64,000 nt of DNA from positions 157,790 to 221,789 of the forward strand of contig CAZFBD010000001.1 in NCBI GenBank assembly GCA_964517125.1, in the 5' to 3' direction. Source of the DNA: an uncultured Acidimicrobiales bacterium. GTDB lineage: Bacteria; Actinomycetota; Acidimicrobiia; Acidimicrobiales; SHLQ01. The translations under genes were made by a program, and so were the position numbers. This document shows, in pieces, positions 8,505 to 17,156 of this stretch. Numbering within the stretch: position 1 is the stretch's first letter; the number at the start of each line of letters is the position of its first letter. Below the pieces are notes generated by a model. It saw nothing but the letters and a program-made list of their open reading frames with translations, was not told where the DNA came from and did no database searches.

Positions 8505-10082
8505 TCATCCGAGCAAGATGCCGACGCAATCGGAGTCTCCGGACGCGAAGACGAGCTCATCGACGATCAGCACACCTTCGCTGTTGTCCTTGAAGAGTCT
8601 GGGTACGGCCCAGGCTGCGCCGGGTGGTGCTGGCTCAGTCTCCAGGGAGAGTTGGGCGAAGTCCGCGTCACCGATCGACACGAGATCCAATTCTGCGGAA
8701 CCGACGATCGGCACGAATTCGGAATCGACCCAGTCGACGGCGAGCGTGGCCTCGGTGACGGCCCCCTCCAGACGAGCGCTCGCACTGAAGAGGTACCGCG
8801 TTCCGGGTTCGACCTCGACGAGTTCCCCAAACAGCCCAAAGTTGCCGGGGAAGCCGACCTGGAGGGCGCCGGAACCGTCGATGCCTGCGGACTCGACCAC
8901 GACGACCTGCGCTCGTTCCGGGTCATCGACGTCGATGAACCAGTTCGTCGGAAGGCGGTCGGTTTCGAACGCTGACTCGCTGAGCAGGTTGCAGGCCAGC
9001 TGTTGTGCCGTTCCTGCAGCGAGTGTGGAGACGGTGGCTCGCCGAACTCCGTCGGTTGTCGTTGGACCGACCGTCGCGGGTGGCTCCGTGCTCGATTCGG
9101 GGGTGGCCGGAACAATGGTGGTTGTTGCGGCTTCTGCTGACGCCTCGATTGGATCGTCAGTCGTGTCATCGTCGAGAAGCGCCGCCGCGATCGCTGCGAT
9201 CAGCACCAGGGGCAGCCCAATGCGGAACACCAACGATGCAACGCTCAGTCGCCGGCCCTGTTGCAGGGAGCCGACCTGGGTGGGGTTCTCCAGTGCGGTC
9301 AGGAAGGCGGTCATGGACGGGAACCGCTGGGCCGGGTCCTTGTCCAGCGCACGAAGCACTGCGTCGCTGAAACCCGGAGGGATCGTGGGATCGGATTCAT
9401 CCAGCGGTGTTGGTTGCGAATGCAGCTGATGGTGCAACGCCGTGGCGATCGCGTCACCCTCAGGAAACGGCCACGACCCCATGAGCATCTCGTGCAGAAC
9501 CAACGCGGCCGCGTACTGGTCGCTCAGCGGCGTCGGGTCGGCGCCGGAAATGACCTCGGGTGCCAGGTACCTCGGCGTTCCGGCGATCGTGCCGTCGACG
9601 GTCACCGTCGCCGAGTCGGCGCTACGGCTGACACCAAAGTCGATCAACGTGACATGACCGTGGGGGTCCATCAGGACATTGGCCGGGCTGATGTCTCGGT
9701 GCACGATGCCAGCGTCGTGCACCGCTTGCAGGCCGTGGGTGAGTTGGCCGAAGGCAGCCATGGCAGCGTCGAACGCGAGGGCGCCATCGGAACGAAGCCG
9801 ACCAGCGAGCGGATCACCGTCGATCCAGTCGACGATGAGTGCCGGTTCATCGTCGATGATCGTGACGCCCCGAAGCCGGGCCACGTTGTCGTGGTCGAGT
9901 CGTTCGAGCAGCTCGGCTTCGCGCCGGAGCCGTTCCAGGTCATGACCAGGGCTCAGCACCTTGATCGCAACCGTCTGGCCCGTTGACATCTCGGTGGCCC
10001 GGTACACGCGACCCGATCCACCACGTTGAGGTTCGCCCAGGATGGTGTACCCAGCGGTTACGGCGGCGTCGGAGAAGCTCAT
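8505..10082 (-). CDS. Membrane Ser/Thr protein kinase (Hanks type) with extracytoplasmic CBM4/9-like domain
   Basis: RGGSGRVY, VAIK, HRDISPAN, DFG, GTPRYLAPE; TM segment (IGLPLVLIAAIAAALL); Thr/Pro linker; NLLSESAFE beta-sandwich-like C-terminus. Confidence 0.9.
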   Translation of the reverse strand: MSFSDAAVTAGYTILGEPQRGGSGRVYRATEMSTGQTVAIKVLSPGHDLERLRREAELLERLDHDNVARLRGVTIIDDEPALIVDWIDGDPLAGRLRSDGALAFDAAMAAFGQLTHGLQAVHDAGIVHRDISPANVLMDPHGHVTLIDFGVSRSADSATVTVDGTIAGTPRYLAPEVISGADPTPLSDQYAAALVLHEMLMGSWPFPEGDAIATALHHQLHSQPTPLDESDPTIPPGFSDAVLRALDKDPAQRFPSMTAFLTALENPTQVGSLQQGRRLSVASLVFRIGLPLVLIAAIAAALLDDDTTDDPIEASAEAATTTIVPATPESSTEPPATVGPTTTDGVRRATVSTLAAGTAQQLACNLLSESAFETDRLPTNWFIDVDDPERAQVVVVESAGIDGSGALQVGFPGNFGLFGELVEVEPGTRYLFSASARLEGAVTEATLAVDWVDSEFVPIVGSAELDLVSIGDADFAQLSLETEPAPPGAAWAVPRLFKDNSEGVLIVDELVFASGDSDCVGILLG

Positions 10083-10176
10083 GGTGCGACATCAAGGTTG
10101 TCGTGGGTTGCGACGTCCTCCACGCGCTCGGAGCGGATTTTCCGCCTCGAAGACGGCAACGACGTTCGACCAGCGT

Positions 10177-11487
10177 TCAGTGGCCGGGGATCCAGCTGGT
10201 GCCTGCGAGGGGAACGTGGGCCATCGCTGCTGCTTCAACGGTGAGGGCTGCGAGGTCTTCAGGTTCCAGATTGGTGACATGGCTCTTGCCGCAGGCACGG
10301 GCCAGGGTTTGGGCCTCGACGCTGAGGACCCGCAGGTAGTTGGCCAGGCGGCGCCCGCCAATGACCGGGTCCAGGCGGGCCGACAGCTCAGGATCCTGCG
10401 TCGTGATACCCGCCGGGTCGTTCCCGGCCTGAAAGTCCTCCCAGTAGCCGGCGCTCGTACCCAGAGCGTTGTACTCGGCCTCGTATTCGGGGTTGTTGTC
10501 GCCGATCGCGATGAGCGCAGCCGTGCCGATGGAGACGGCGTCGGCGCCGAGGGCAATGGCCTTTGCAACGTCGGCGCCAGAGCGGATGCCGCCGGCTGCA
10601 ATGAGCTTCACCTGACGGTGGACACCGAGGTCCTGGAGCGCCCGAACCGACTCGGGGATCGCTGCGATCGTTGGTATGCCGACATGTTCGATGAAGACGT
10701 CCTGGGTTGCCGCCGTGCCGCCCTGCATGCCGTCGACGACGACGGCATCGGCGCCGGCCTTCACCGCAAGGGCGGTGTCGTAATACGGCCGAGCGGCCCC
10801 GACCTTGATGTAGATGGGAACCCGATGATCGACGATCTCGCGAAGCTCCACGATCTTGATGGCGAGGTCGTCGGGACCGGTCCAGTCCGGGTGACGGCAG
10901 GCCGATCGCTGGTCGATGCCTTCGGGCAGCGTGCGCATCTCGGCCACCCGTTCGTTGATCTTCTGGCCCATGAGCATGCCGCCGCCGCCGGGCTTGGCTC
11001 CCTGGCCGACCACGATCTCGATGGCGTCGGCCGTTCGCAGATCGTCGGGGTTCATGCCGTACCGACTCGGGAGGTACTGGTACACAAGGGTGTTCGAGTG
11101 GCCGCGTTCTTCGGGCGTCATGCCGCCGTCGCCGGTGGTGGTGGAGGTTCCGACAGCGCTTGCGCCCCGCCCGAGGGCCTCTTTGGCGTTGGCTGACAGG
11201 GACCCGAAGCTCATTCCGGCGATGGTGATGGGAATGTCGAGCGTGACCGGGTTGTCCGCGGTCTCTTCACCAATGGTGATGTCGGTTCCGCAGGCCTCCC
11301 GATACCCCTCCAGCGGGTAGCGGGACATCGATGCTCCGAGAAACACGAGGTCGTCGAGGGTCGGAAGCTCACGCTTCGCTCCCCAGCCCCGGATCCGGTA
11401 GATCCCGGTGTTTGCGGCCCGGCGAATCTCGGCAATGACCGCTTTGTCGAAGGTGTGGCTCTCGCGAAGGTTCCATGGTTGATTCAT
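10177..11487 (-). CDS. mgsC: FMN-binding glutamate synthase family protein (N-methylglutamate synthase subunit C, GlxD)
   Basis: GMSFGSLS, TTTGDGG, GQGAKPGGGG, RSACRHPDW, DGMQGGT. Start ATG 11487 overlaps the upstream stop (ATGA). Confidence 0.85.
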   Translation of the reverse strand: MNQPWNLRESHTFDKAVIAEIRRAANTGIYRIRGWGAKRELPTLDDLVFLGASMSRYPLEGYREACGTDITIGEETADNPVTLDIPITIAGMSFGSLSANAKEALGRGASAVGTSTTTGDGGMTPEERGHSNTLVYQYLPSRYGMNPDDLRTADAIEIVVGQGAKPGGGGMLMGQKINERVAEMRTLPEGIDQRSACRHPDWTGPDDLAIKIVELREIVDHRVPIYIKVGAARPYYDTALAVKAGADAVVVDGMQGGTAATQDVFIEHVGIPTIAAIPESVRALQDLGVHRQVKLIAAGGIRSGADVAKAIALGADAVSIGTAALIAIGDNNPEYEAEYNALGTSAGYWEDFQAGNDPAGITTQDPELSARLDPVIGGRRLANYLRVLSVEAQTLARACGKSHVTNLEPEDLAALTVEAAAMAHVPLAGTSWIPGH

Positions 11488-12176
11488 GTCCGGGACTCCC
11501 CTGCGATTTCGGCGTCGATGTTGTCCACGGCAAAGTTGTAGAGCGTCCGGGCCGATCCGTACCGGGTGAACGAGCTGGGTTCGGCATCCATGCCAGCTGC
11601 GCCCAGGAGGCGTGCCAGGGTTTCGAGATGTTCCGGGCGCATCTCCTTTTCGACACAGTCGGCGCCGAGGGACTCGACCGTGCCTCGAACGAAGAGATTG
11701 GCCTCGTAGAGCGAATCGCCGAGGTCGGCTCCCGCGTCGCCGAGGACCACGAGGTTGCCGGCCTGGCCCATGAACGCACTCATATGGCCAACATTGCCGC
11801 CCACCACGATGTCGATGCCCTTCATGGAGATGCCGCACCGTGCACCAGCGCTCCCTTCGATGACCAGCAGGCCGCCGTTGCCGGTGGCGCCAGCGGACAT
11901 GGTGGCGTTGCCGGTGACCCTGACCGTGCCGGACATCATGTTCTCGGCCAGTCCGGCGCTTGCGTTGCCGTGCACGACGACGGAGCCGGTCTGATGCATC
12001 CCGGCGCAGAAGTAGCCGACGGGACCGTTAACCGTCACATCGATGGAGGTGTCGATCCCCACCGCAACGGCGTGGGCCCCTCGAGGGTTCTGAACGACAA
12101 AGGAGCCGGACGTCGCCTCATGCAGCGCCCGATTGAGATCTCGTAGCGGGCTGGTGGCCAGATCGATGGTGATCAT
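11484..12176 (-). CDS. mgsB: GXGXG-repeat protein (N-methylglutamate synthase subunit B, GlxC)
   Basis: GYFCAGM, AENMMSG, ARCGISMKGIDIVVGG, AFMGQAG, DLGDSLYE. Confidence 0.88.
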   Translation of the reverse strand: MITIDLATSPLRDLNRALHEATSGSFVVQNPRGAHAVAVGIDTSIDVTVNGPVGYFCAGMHQTGSVVVHGNASAGLAENMMSGTVRVTGNATMSAGATGNGGLLVIEGSAGARCGISMKGIDIVVGGNVGHMSAFMGQAGNLVVLGDAGADLGDSLYEANLFVRGTVESLGADCVEKEMRPEHLETLARLLGAAGMDAEPSSFTRYGSARTLYNFAVDNIDAEIAGESRT

Positions 12177-13072
12177 ATGTTGAGACTCCAGGTGTAGACC
12201 TGCCCGGGCTGGGGTTCGAACTGCTCGGCGTGGTCAACGTCGGGTAGCTGTGCGATGGCGCCGAATTCTGAGGACATGGCGACCCAGTCGTCGGTCTCCG
12301 CCACCACGGCAGGCTTGCAGGCGATCGGGTCCCGCAGGATGGCGAACCCACTCTCGATGCCAATGGCGAACGTGTAGAACCCGTCGAGCTCGGACAGTCC
12401 CCGCTGTAAGGCCTCGTCGATGGTGTCGCCTTCACGCAACCGCCACGACAGATAGCCGGCGGCGACCTCGCTGTCGTTCTCGGTTTGAAAGGTCTCGCCG
12501 AACCGCTCCAGGTTGCGACGGAGCTGGTTGTGATTGGATAGGGAGCCGTTGTGTACCAGACAGGTGTCGGCACCGGTCACGAACGGATGGGATCCGTTGG
12601 TGGTGATGGCGGACTCGGTGGCCATCCGGGTGTGGGCGATCGCATGGGTTCCTTGCCGAGATGCGAGGTCATACCGCTCGGCGACAAGGTCGGGATCGCC
12701 GACCGACTTGTACAGCTCGATTTGTCGCCCGTGGCTCAACACGTCGATCTCGGGCACGTTGTCGATGATCCACTGGCGGGCGGTGCGACCATCTCCCGAT
12801 GTCTCGAACACGGCATGGTCCTCGATGGAGCGAACCCGGACCCCGGCACCGAGTTCCGTCTCGAGCGCCGCTGCGGTCGGCATCCAGTTGGGCTCCGTAC
12901 CCTCGCTCAACAGGGTGAGGCGGGTCTGGCCGGGCTCGCCCTCGTCGTAGACCGCAAAGCCGGCGCTGTCGGGGCCACGCCCCCGCATCTCGTGGAGCAT
13001 CGCCGCGGTCAGCCGGCCAAGGTCCGACCGGTAGCGTTCGGTTTTCAGGAATAGGCCGACGATTCCACACAT
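12173..13072 (-). CDS. mgsA: Class II glutamine amidotransferase (N-methylglutamate synthase subunit A, GlxB)
   Basis: N-terminal MCGIVG (Ntn Cys), RGPDSAG, HTRMATES, HPF, HNGSLSN, TENDSE. GGAGAG SD upstream of 13072. Confidence 0.88.
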   Translation of the reverse strand: MCGIVGLFLKTERYRSDLGRLTAAMLHEMRGRGPDSAGFAVYDEGEPGQTRLTLLSEGTEPNWMPTAAALETELGAGVRVRSIEDHAVFETSGDGRTARQWIIDNVPEIDVLSHGRQIELYKSVGDPDLVAERYDLASRQGTHAIAHTRMATESAITTNGSHPFVTGADTCLVHNGSLSNHNQLRRNLERFGETFQTENDSEVAAGYLSWRLREGDTIDEALQRGLSELDGFYTFAIGIESGFAILRDPIACKPAVVAETDDWVAMSSEFGAIAQLPDVDHAEQFEPQPGQVYTWSLNI

Positions 13073-13215
13073 GCTGGGCTCTCCGTTTCGCGTCGCCAAC
13101 CTAGTCGCCGGGCAGCATGTGGACGATGCCGGACGTGTGAACCCTGCTTGGCGCCATGGGCGGTCGAGTGGACGGTGCTCTATGGTGCGTGGCACATCTC
13201 ATCAGGGGGACCCAC

Positions 13216-14574
13216 ATGGCTGCAGTCGACGACATCCGAGCGAAGGCCGCGGACGACGGCGTCGAGTACATCTACGCCATGTTCGTGGAGATGCACGGCA
13301 AGCCATGCGCGAAGTTGGTTCCCATCGAAGCCCTCGATGGCCTGATGGAGGATGGCGCCGGGTTTGCCGGCTTTGCTGCAGGCCCCATGGGCCAACATGC
13401 TGCCGACCCCGACATCCTTGCGCTCCCCGATCCGGCGTCGTACACCCAGCTTCCGTGGCAGCCGAATGTCGCGGCGATGCAGTGTGACCCAACGGTCGAA
13501 GGCGAGCTGTGGCCGTATGCGCCTCGGGTCATTCTGCGCCGTGCATTGGAGGACCTGGCCGAGAAGAACCTCGTTCTCAAGACGGGTGTCGAAGCCGAAT
13601 ATTCACTGGTCGTCCGCAACGACGATGGCTCCATTTCGGTGGCCGATGAGCGAGATGTCGGGCAGCTTCCGTGTTACGACGCGAAGGGGCTCACCCGAAT
13701 GCTCCCCCATCTGACTGCGGTGTCGAAGAACCTGAACGCCATGGGATGGGGCAACTACGCCAACGACCACGAGGACGCCAACGGTCAGTTCGAACAGAAC
13801 TGGGAGTACGCCGACGCCATGACCACGGCCGACCGGTTGATTCTGTTCCGTCTCATGATCCACACGATGGCTGAGCGCGACGGACGGTACGCGACCTTCA
13901 TGCCCAAGCCGTTCTCCGACAAGACCGGCAACGGGCTTCACGCGCACCTGAGCCTGTGGAGCGGCGATACCGACGAGCCCTTGTTTCCCGCCGGTGACTC
14001 CGATCGTCTGGGCCTGGGGCTCAGCGACATGGCGTACGACTTCGCCGGAGGACTGATCCACCATGCGACATCACTTGTCGCCATCGCCTGTCCCATCGTG
14101 AACTCGTACAAGCGCATGGGTGTGGGTGCTCCCACGTCGGGTGCCACCTGGGCGCCCGCGTACGCAGCGTTCGGCGGCAACAATCGCACCCAGATGATCC
14201 GTGTCCCCGAGCCCGATCGGATCGAAGTTCGGCTCGGCGATGGCGCGGCGAATCCGTATCTGATGTTTGCGGCGATGCTGGCGTGTGGACTCGACGGCAT
14301 GGCGGAGGGACACGATCCGGGGGCCGTGAACACGGCGAATCTGTTCGATCTCTCGCCAGCCGAGGTGGCGGAGCGAGGCATCGAGACACTGCCCCCGACC
14401 TTGCTGCATGCTGCCGACAACCTTGCCGGGAACGACGTGCTCCGAACCGCGCTGGGAAGCACGCGTGGCGGGCCCTACAGCGAATACTTCGCGCAGGTGA
14501 AGCGTGACGAATTCATGGCCCATCACCAGCAGGTGACCGCAGGCGAGATCGACCAGTACCTCACGCTCTTCTGA
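13216..14574 (+). CDS. glnT: Type III glutamine synthetase-like, gamma-glutamylmethylamide synthetase (GmaS/GlnT)
   Basis: AKLVP, GAGFAGFA, CYD, YANDHEDANGQFE, TFMPKPF, NSYKR, TSGATWAP, NRTQMIR, DGAANPY; divergent from mgsABC. Confidence 0.88.
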   Translation: MAAVDDIRAKAADDGVEYIYAMFVEMHGKPCAKLVPIEALDGLMEDGAGFAGFAAGPMGQHAADPDILALPDPASYTQLPWQPNVAAMQCDPTVEGELWPYAPRVILRRALEDLAEKNLVLKTGVEAEYSLVVRNDDGSISVADERDVGQLPCYDAKGLTRMLPHLTAVSKNLNAMGWGNYANDHEDANGQFEQNWEYADAMTTADRLILFRLMIHTMAERDGRYATFMPKPFSDKTGNGLHAHLSLWSGDTDEPLFPAGDSDRLGLGLSDMAYDFAGGLIHHATSLVAIACPIVNSYKRMGVGAPTSGATWAPAYAAFGGNNRTQMIRVPEPDRIEVRLGDGAANPYLMFAAMLACGLDGMAEGHDPGAVNTANLFDLSPAEVAERGIETLPPTLLHAADNLAGNDVLRTALGSTRGGPYSEYFAQVKRDEFMAHHQQVTAGEIDQYLTLF

Positions 14575-14669
14575 GCGCACCCTGACGGCCCGCCGCTGTG
14601 GCGTCAGATTGCAGTCGGAATTCGGAGTACGAAGGTCGCTCCGCCACCTTCGGTCTTCTCGTGGCTGAC

Positions 14670-15187
14670 CGATGCGTCGGCGAGTGCCGCAGCGCGTCGG
14701 CCCCAAGGTTCAACAACGCCTGGTGCAGGTCGGAGCCCACGTCGTTCGCGATCATGCTGAGGTCGACCAGTTCGGGCTGATCATTCCGGTCCTGCCCGAG
14801 CCGAGTCAGATCGAGCAGTGCCTCGACGAGCGCCCCATCCGTACGCTCTCGGCGCCGATTCTGTCCATCGCCCGATCCAGGTCGGCACGGTCTTCGAGCA
14901 TCCCGGCGGCGTGGAGCTGGGCGTATCCGCAGCACCAATGTCGGCAGCGGCAAAGAGCCCGCCTGAACTCGACGTTGAACGGTTTGGTGACGTAGTCGTC
15001 GCCACCCTCCTGAAAGCCCCGGATGCGATCCCGGTCACTGTCCCGTGCGGTCAGCAAGGCTCGCCCCGTCGTCGGCTTCCTGAATGGTGTGTCCGTCGTG
15101 CCGCAATGCAGTCACGACAACGTCACGGATGGCAGGTTCGTCCTCGACGACAAGAATGTTGCCCTCAAGTCGCTCGGCACCGCTCAC
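14670..15187 (-). pseudogene. Collapsed two-component system remnant (OmpR-type receiver plus histidine kinase fragments)
   Basis: Four fragments in native order across shifted frames: VSGAERLEGNILVVEDEPAIRDVV...EADDG; LTARDSDRDRIRGFQEGGDDYVTKPF; GYAQLHAAGML..DRAMDRIGAESVRMG|LVEALLDLTRL; LHQALLNLGADALRHSP. Confidence 0.75.
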
Positions 15188-15420
15188 GCGGCGACCATCC
15201 GAAGTGCTCGTGACTCGATGAGGTGTTCGACCACGTAGACCAGGCCGACATCGGCGGAAGCGACGACGTCCATGTCGAGCGAGAACTGGGTCGTGGACTC
15301 CGGCAGGACGGGGTCTGGAGAACTGGATCGGAAGCCCACGATCCACACACCGAGGCCGACGACGGTGAACAGCATCACCTGAGCGATGCGGCGTTGGCGC
15401 GGGATCATGGCCTGCACCAT
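15184..15420 (-). CDS. Small putative membrane protein (78 aa), possibly a remnant
   Basis: One hydrophobic segment (VMLFTVVGLGVWIVGF); its TGA overlaps the GTG of the receiver remnant (GTGA). Confidence 0.4.
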   Translation of the reverse strand: MVQAMIPRQRRIAQVMLFTVVGLGVWIVGFRSSSPDPVLPESTTQFSLDMDVVASADVGLVYVVEHLIESRALRMVAA

Positions 15421-15456
15421 GGCGAACCAACCTGTGAACCGGCTGTGAGAGAACGA

Positions 15457-17046
15457 TCAGCCAGACACCGGGGCCGGCCGCACCCGGTTCCGCCCCGCCT
15501 GTTTTGCCGCATAGAGCTTTTCGTCGGCACGCGTCGCAAGGGTGTGAATCTTCACGCTCGGCCCGACCTCGACCCCAACGCTGCAGGTAACCGCCTCATC
15601 GATACCTTCGAGCGTCCAGGGTTCGGCAAGAAGGCCGGACCGAATTCGCTCGGCGAGCAGGAGTGCATGCTCCAGCGATCCGGTGTCGGCGATGACCGCG
15701 AACTCATCACCTCCGTAGCGAAAGACGAGGTCGGAGTTGCGACACATCTGCGACGCAATCGATGCTGAGCGGGCGATGACCCGATCGCCCGTTCCGTGGC
15801 CGTACCGATCGTTGATCTCCTTGAACCCGTCGAGGTCCAGAAGGAGCACAGCGATGTCTCGAGCCGGACCGACACGGATGTCCTCGAGCCGTTCTTCATA
15901 GGCCCGTCGGTTCCCGACCCGTGAGACCTCGTCGAGTAGCGCCTGTTCGGTGAGCTCAGTGGTCCGGTCCAGGAGCCGTCGCTGATCGAGCTCGAGTTCC
16001 ACCCGCTCATCGATGAGGGACAACATGACGTCGGCGCGGCCGCTGGTTTCCTGGAGGGCGAGTTCCGTCGCGTGACGCGAGTCTGCCAGCGCACCGGCGA
16101 GGTCGCCCATGGTCTCCCGGACCTCGGAGCGTTGCCGGAGCGCGGCGACCCGTTGCAGCGGCACCAGTTGGTCGCCGTCGTCGTCGGAGACACACCGGTT
16201 CGTCAGCAGCAGGGCCCGTTCCAGATCACCACGGTGGAGGGCAAGCGGCGCTTCGATGAGGCACAGATACCGGGTGAACGCCTCCGACGGATGAATCGAG
16301 GTTGCGTCCAGGTCACCCCATTCCGCCGCTGCGGCGTCGAGGTCGCCTTGAAGCTGCTTCACGTGGGCGAGACCGGCCCGGGTGAAGGATGTGGTTGCCG
16401 ACGTTGAGCCGCCGCTGCCTGCGCTGGTGAGTACGGACTCGATCAGGTCGAACCGACGCGGGGTCGCAACCTCGCTCGTGGCTCGACCGGCGATCAACAT
16501 CTCGCGGGACAGCGCCAGGGACAGGTTGCTTGCGGCCGCAATCATGGCCTGTGGCGACATTGGTTGGACCCGTCCGCTGGTCATGGCGTCGTCGAACCTG
16601 TCGGCGGCCAGGCCGTAGGCGCCGAGCGAAAGAAGTGCGACACCAGTGTTGATGGACGCACGGCCCGAGTGCATGGCCGATGGGTGCCGTCGGGCGAGGC
16701 TCTGAAGGTCGAGGCACAGCTCCATGCACCGGTCGAGGTCTCCGGCAAGAGCCGCCATGGAGGCCTGAACGCCGAGCGCCGAGGCCAGCGCGCTCGGGTC
16801 GCCGTGTTCCTGGAGGAATGGAAGTGCGTCGGCAATGAGGTCTGAGAGCTCATCGGTGGTCAGGACACCCTGAGACAGGCCGATGTGGGCGACCATCACA
16901 TGGCTCCGGTCGTGGTGGGAGAGCCCCGGATCCTGGAGGAGTTGCTCGATCTCCTGTCGCAACGCGGCATCAGATTCGATCGATGTTGCGGCATTCGCAA
17001 CGATCTTCTCGACGTGCGGGGAGTCATATGTGGTCACGCGAGCCAA
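15457..17046 (-). CDS. Diguanylate cyclase (GGDEF) with helical/TPR-like N-terminus
   Basis: DLDGFKEINDRYGHGTGD, RNSD (RxxD I-site), RYGGDEF, LYAAKQAGRNR. Exact start uncertain (17037 or 17046). Confidence 0.88.
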   Translation of the reverse strand: MARVTTYDSPHVEKIVANAATSIESDAALRQEIEQLLQDPGLSHHDRSHVMVAHIGLSQGVLTTDELSDLIADALPFLQEHGDPSALASALGVQASMAALAGDLDRCMELCLDLQSLARRHPSAMHSGRASINTGVALLSLGAYGLAADRFDDAMTSGRVQPMSPQAMIAAASNLSLALSREMLIAGRATSEVATPRRFDLIESVLTSAGSGGSTSATTSFTRAGLAHVKQLQGDLDAAAAEWGDLDATSIHPSEAFTRYLCLIEAPLALHRGDLERALLLTNRCVSDDDGDQLVPLQRVAALRQRSEVRETMGDLAGALADSRHATELALQETSGRADVMLSLIDERVELELDQRRLLDRTTELTEQALLDEVSRVGNRRAYEERLEDIRVGPARDIAVLLLDLDGFKEINDRYGHGTGDRVIARSASIASQMCRNSDLVFRYGGDEFAVIADTGSLEHALLLAERIRSGLLAEPWTLEGIDEAVTCSVGVEVGPSVKIHTLATRADEKLYAAKQAGRNRVRPAPVSG

Positions 17047-17156
17047 CCCTTACATCCGTCATTGAAACCACCCACGCCGAGAGTGTAGGTCCCCCGGCGC
17101 TGCCACTGGGGACGGCTGGTCGCGCAGTTGACGAGATCCGCAGGCAGGATGGTCGG

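Noticed and set aside
10177..14574. Housekeeping GS/GOGAT (glnA, gltBD)
   Set aside because: The split three-gene GlxBCD layout and type III GS motifs indicate the N-methylglutamate pathway.
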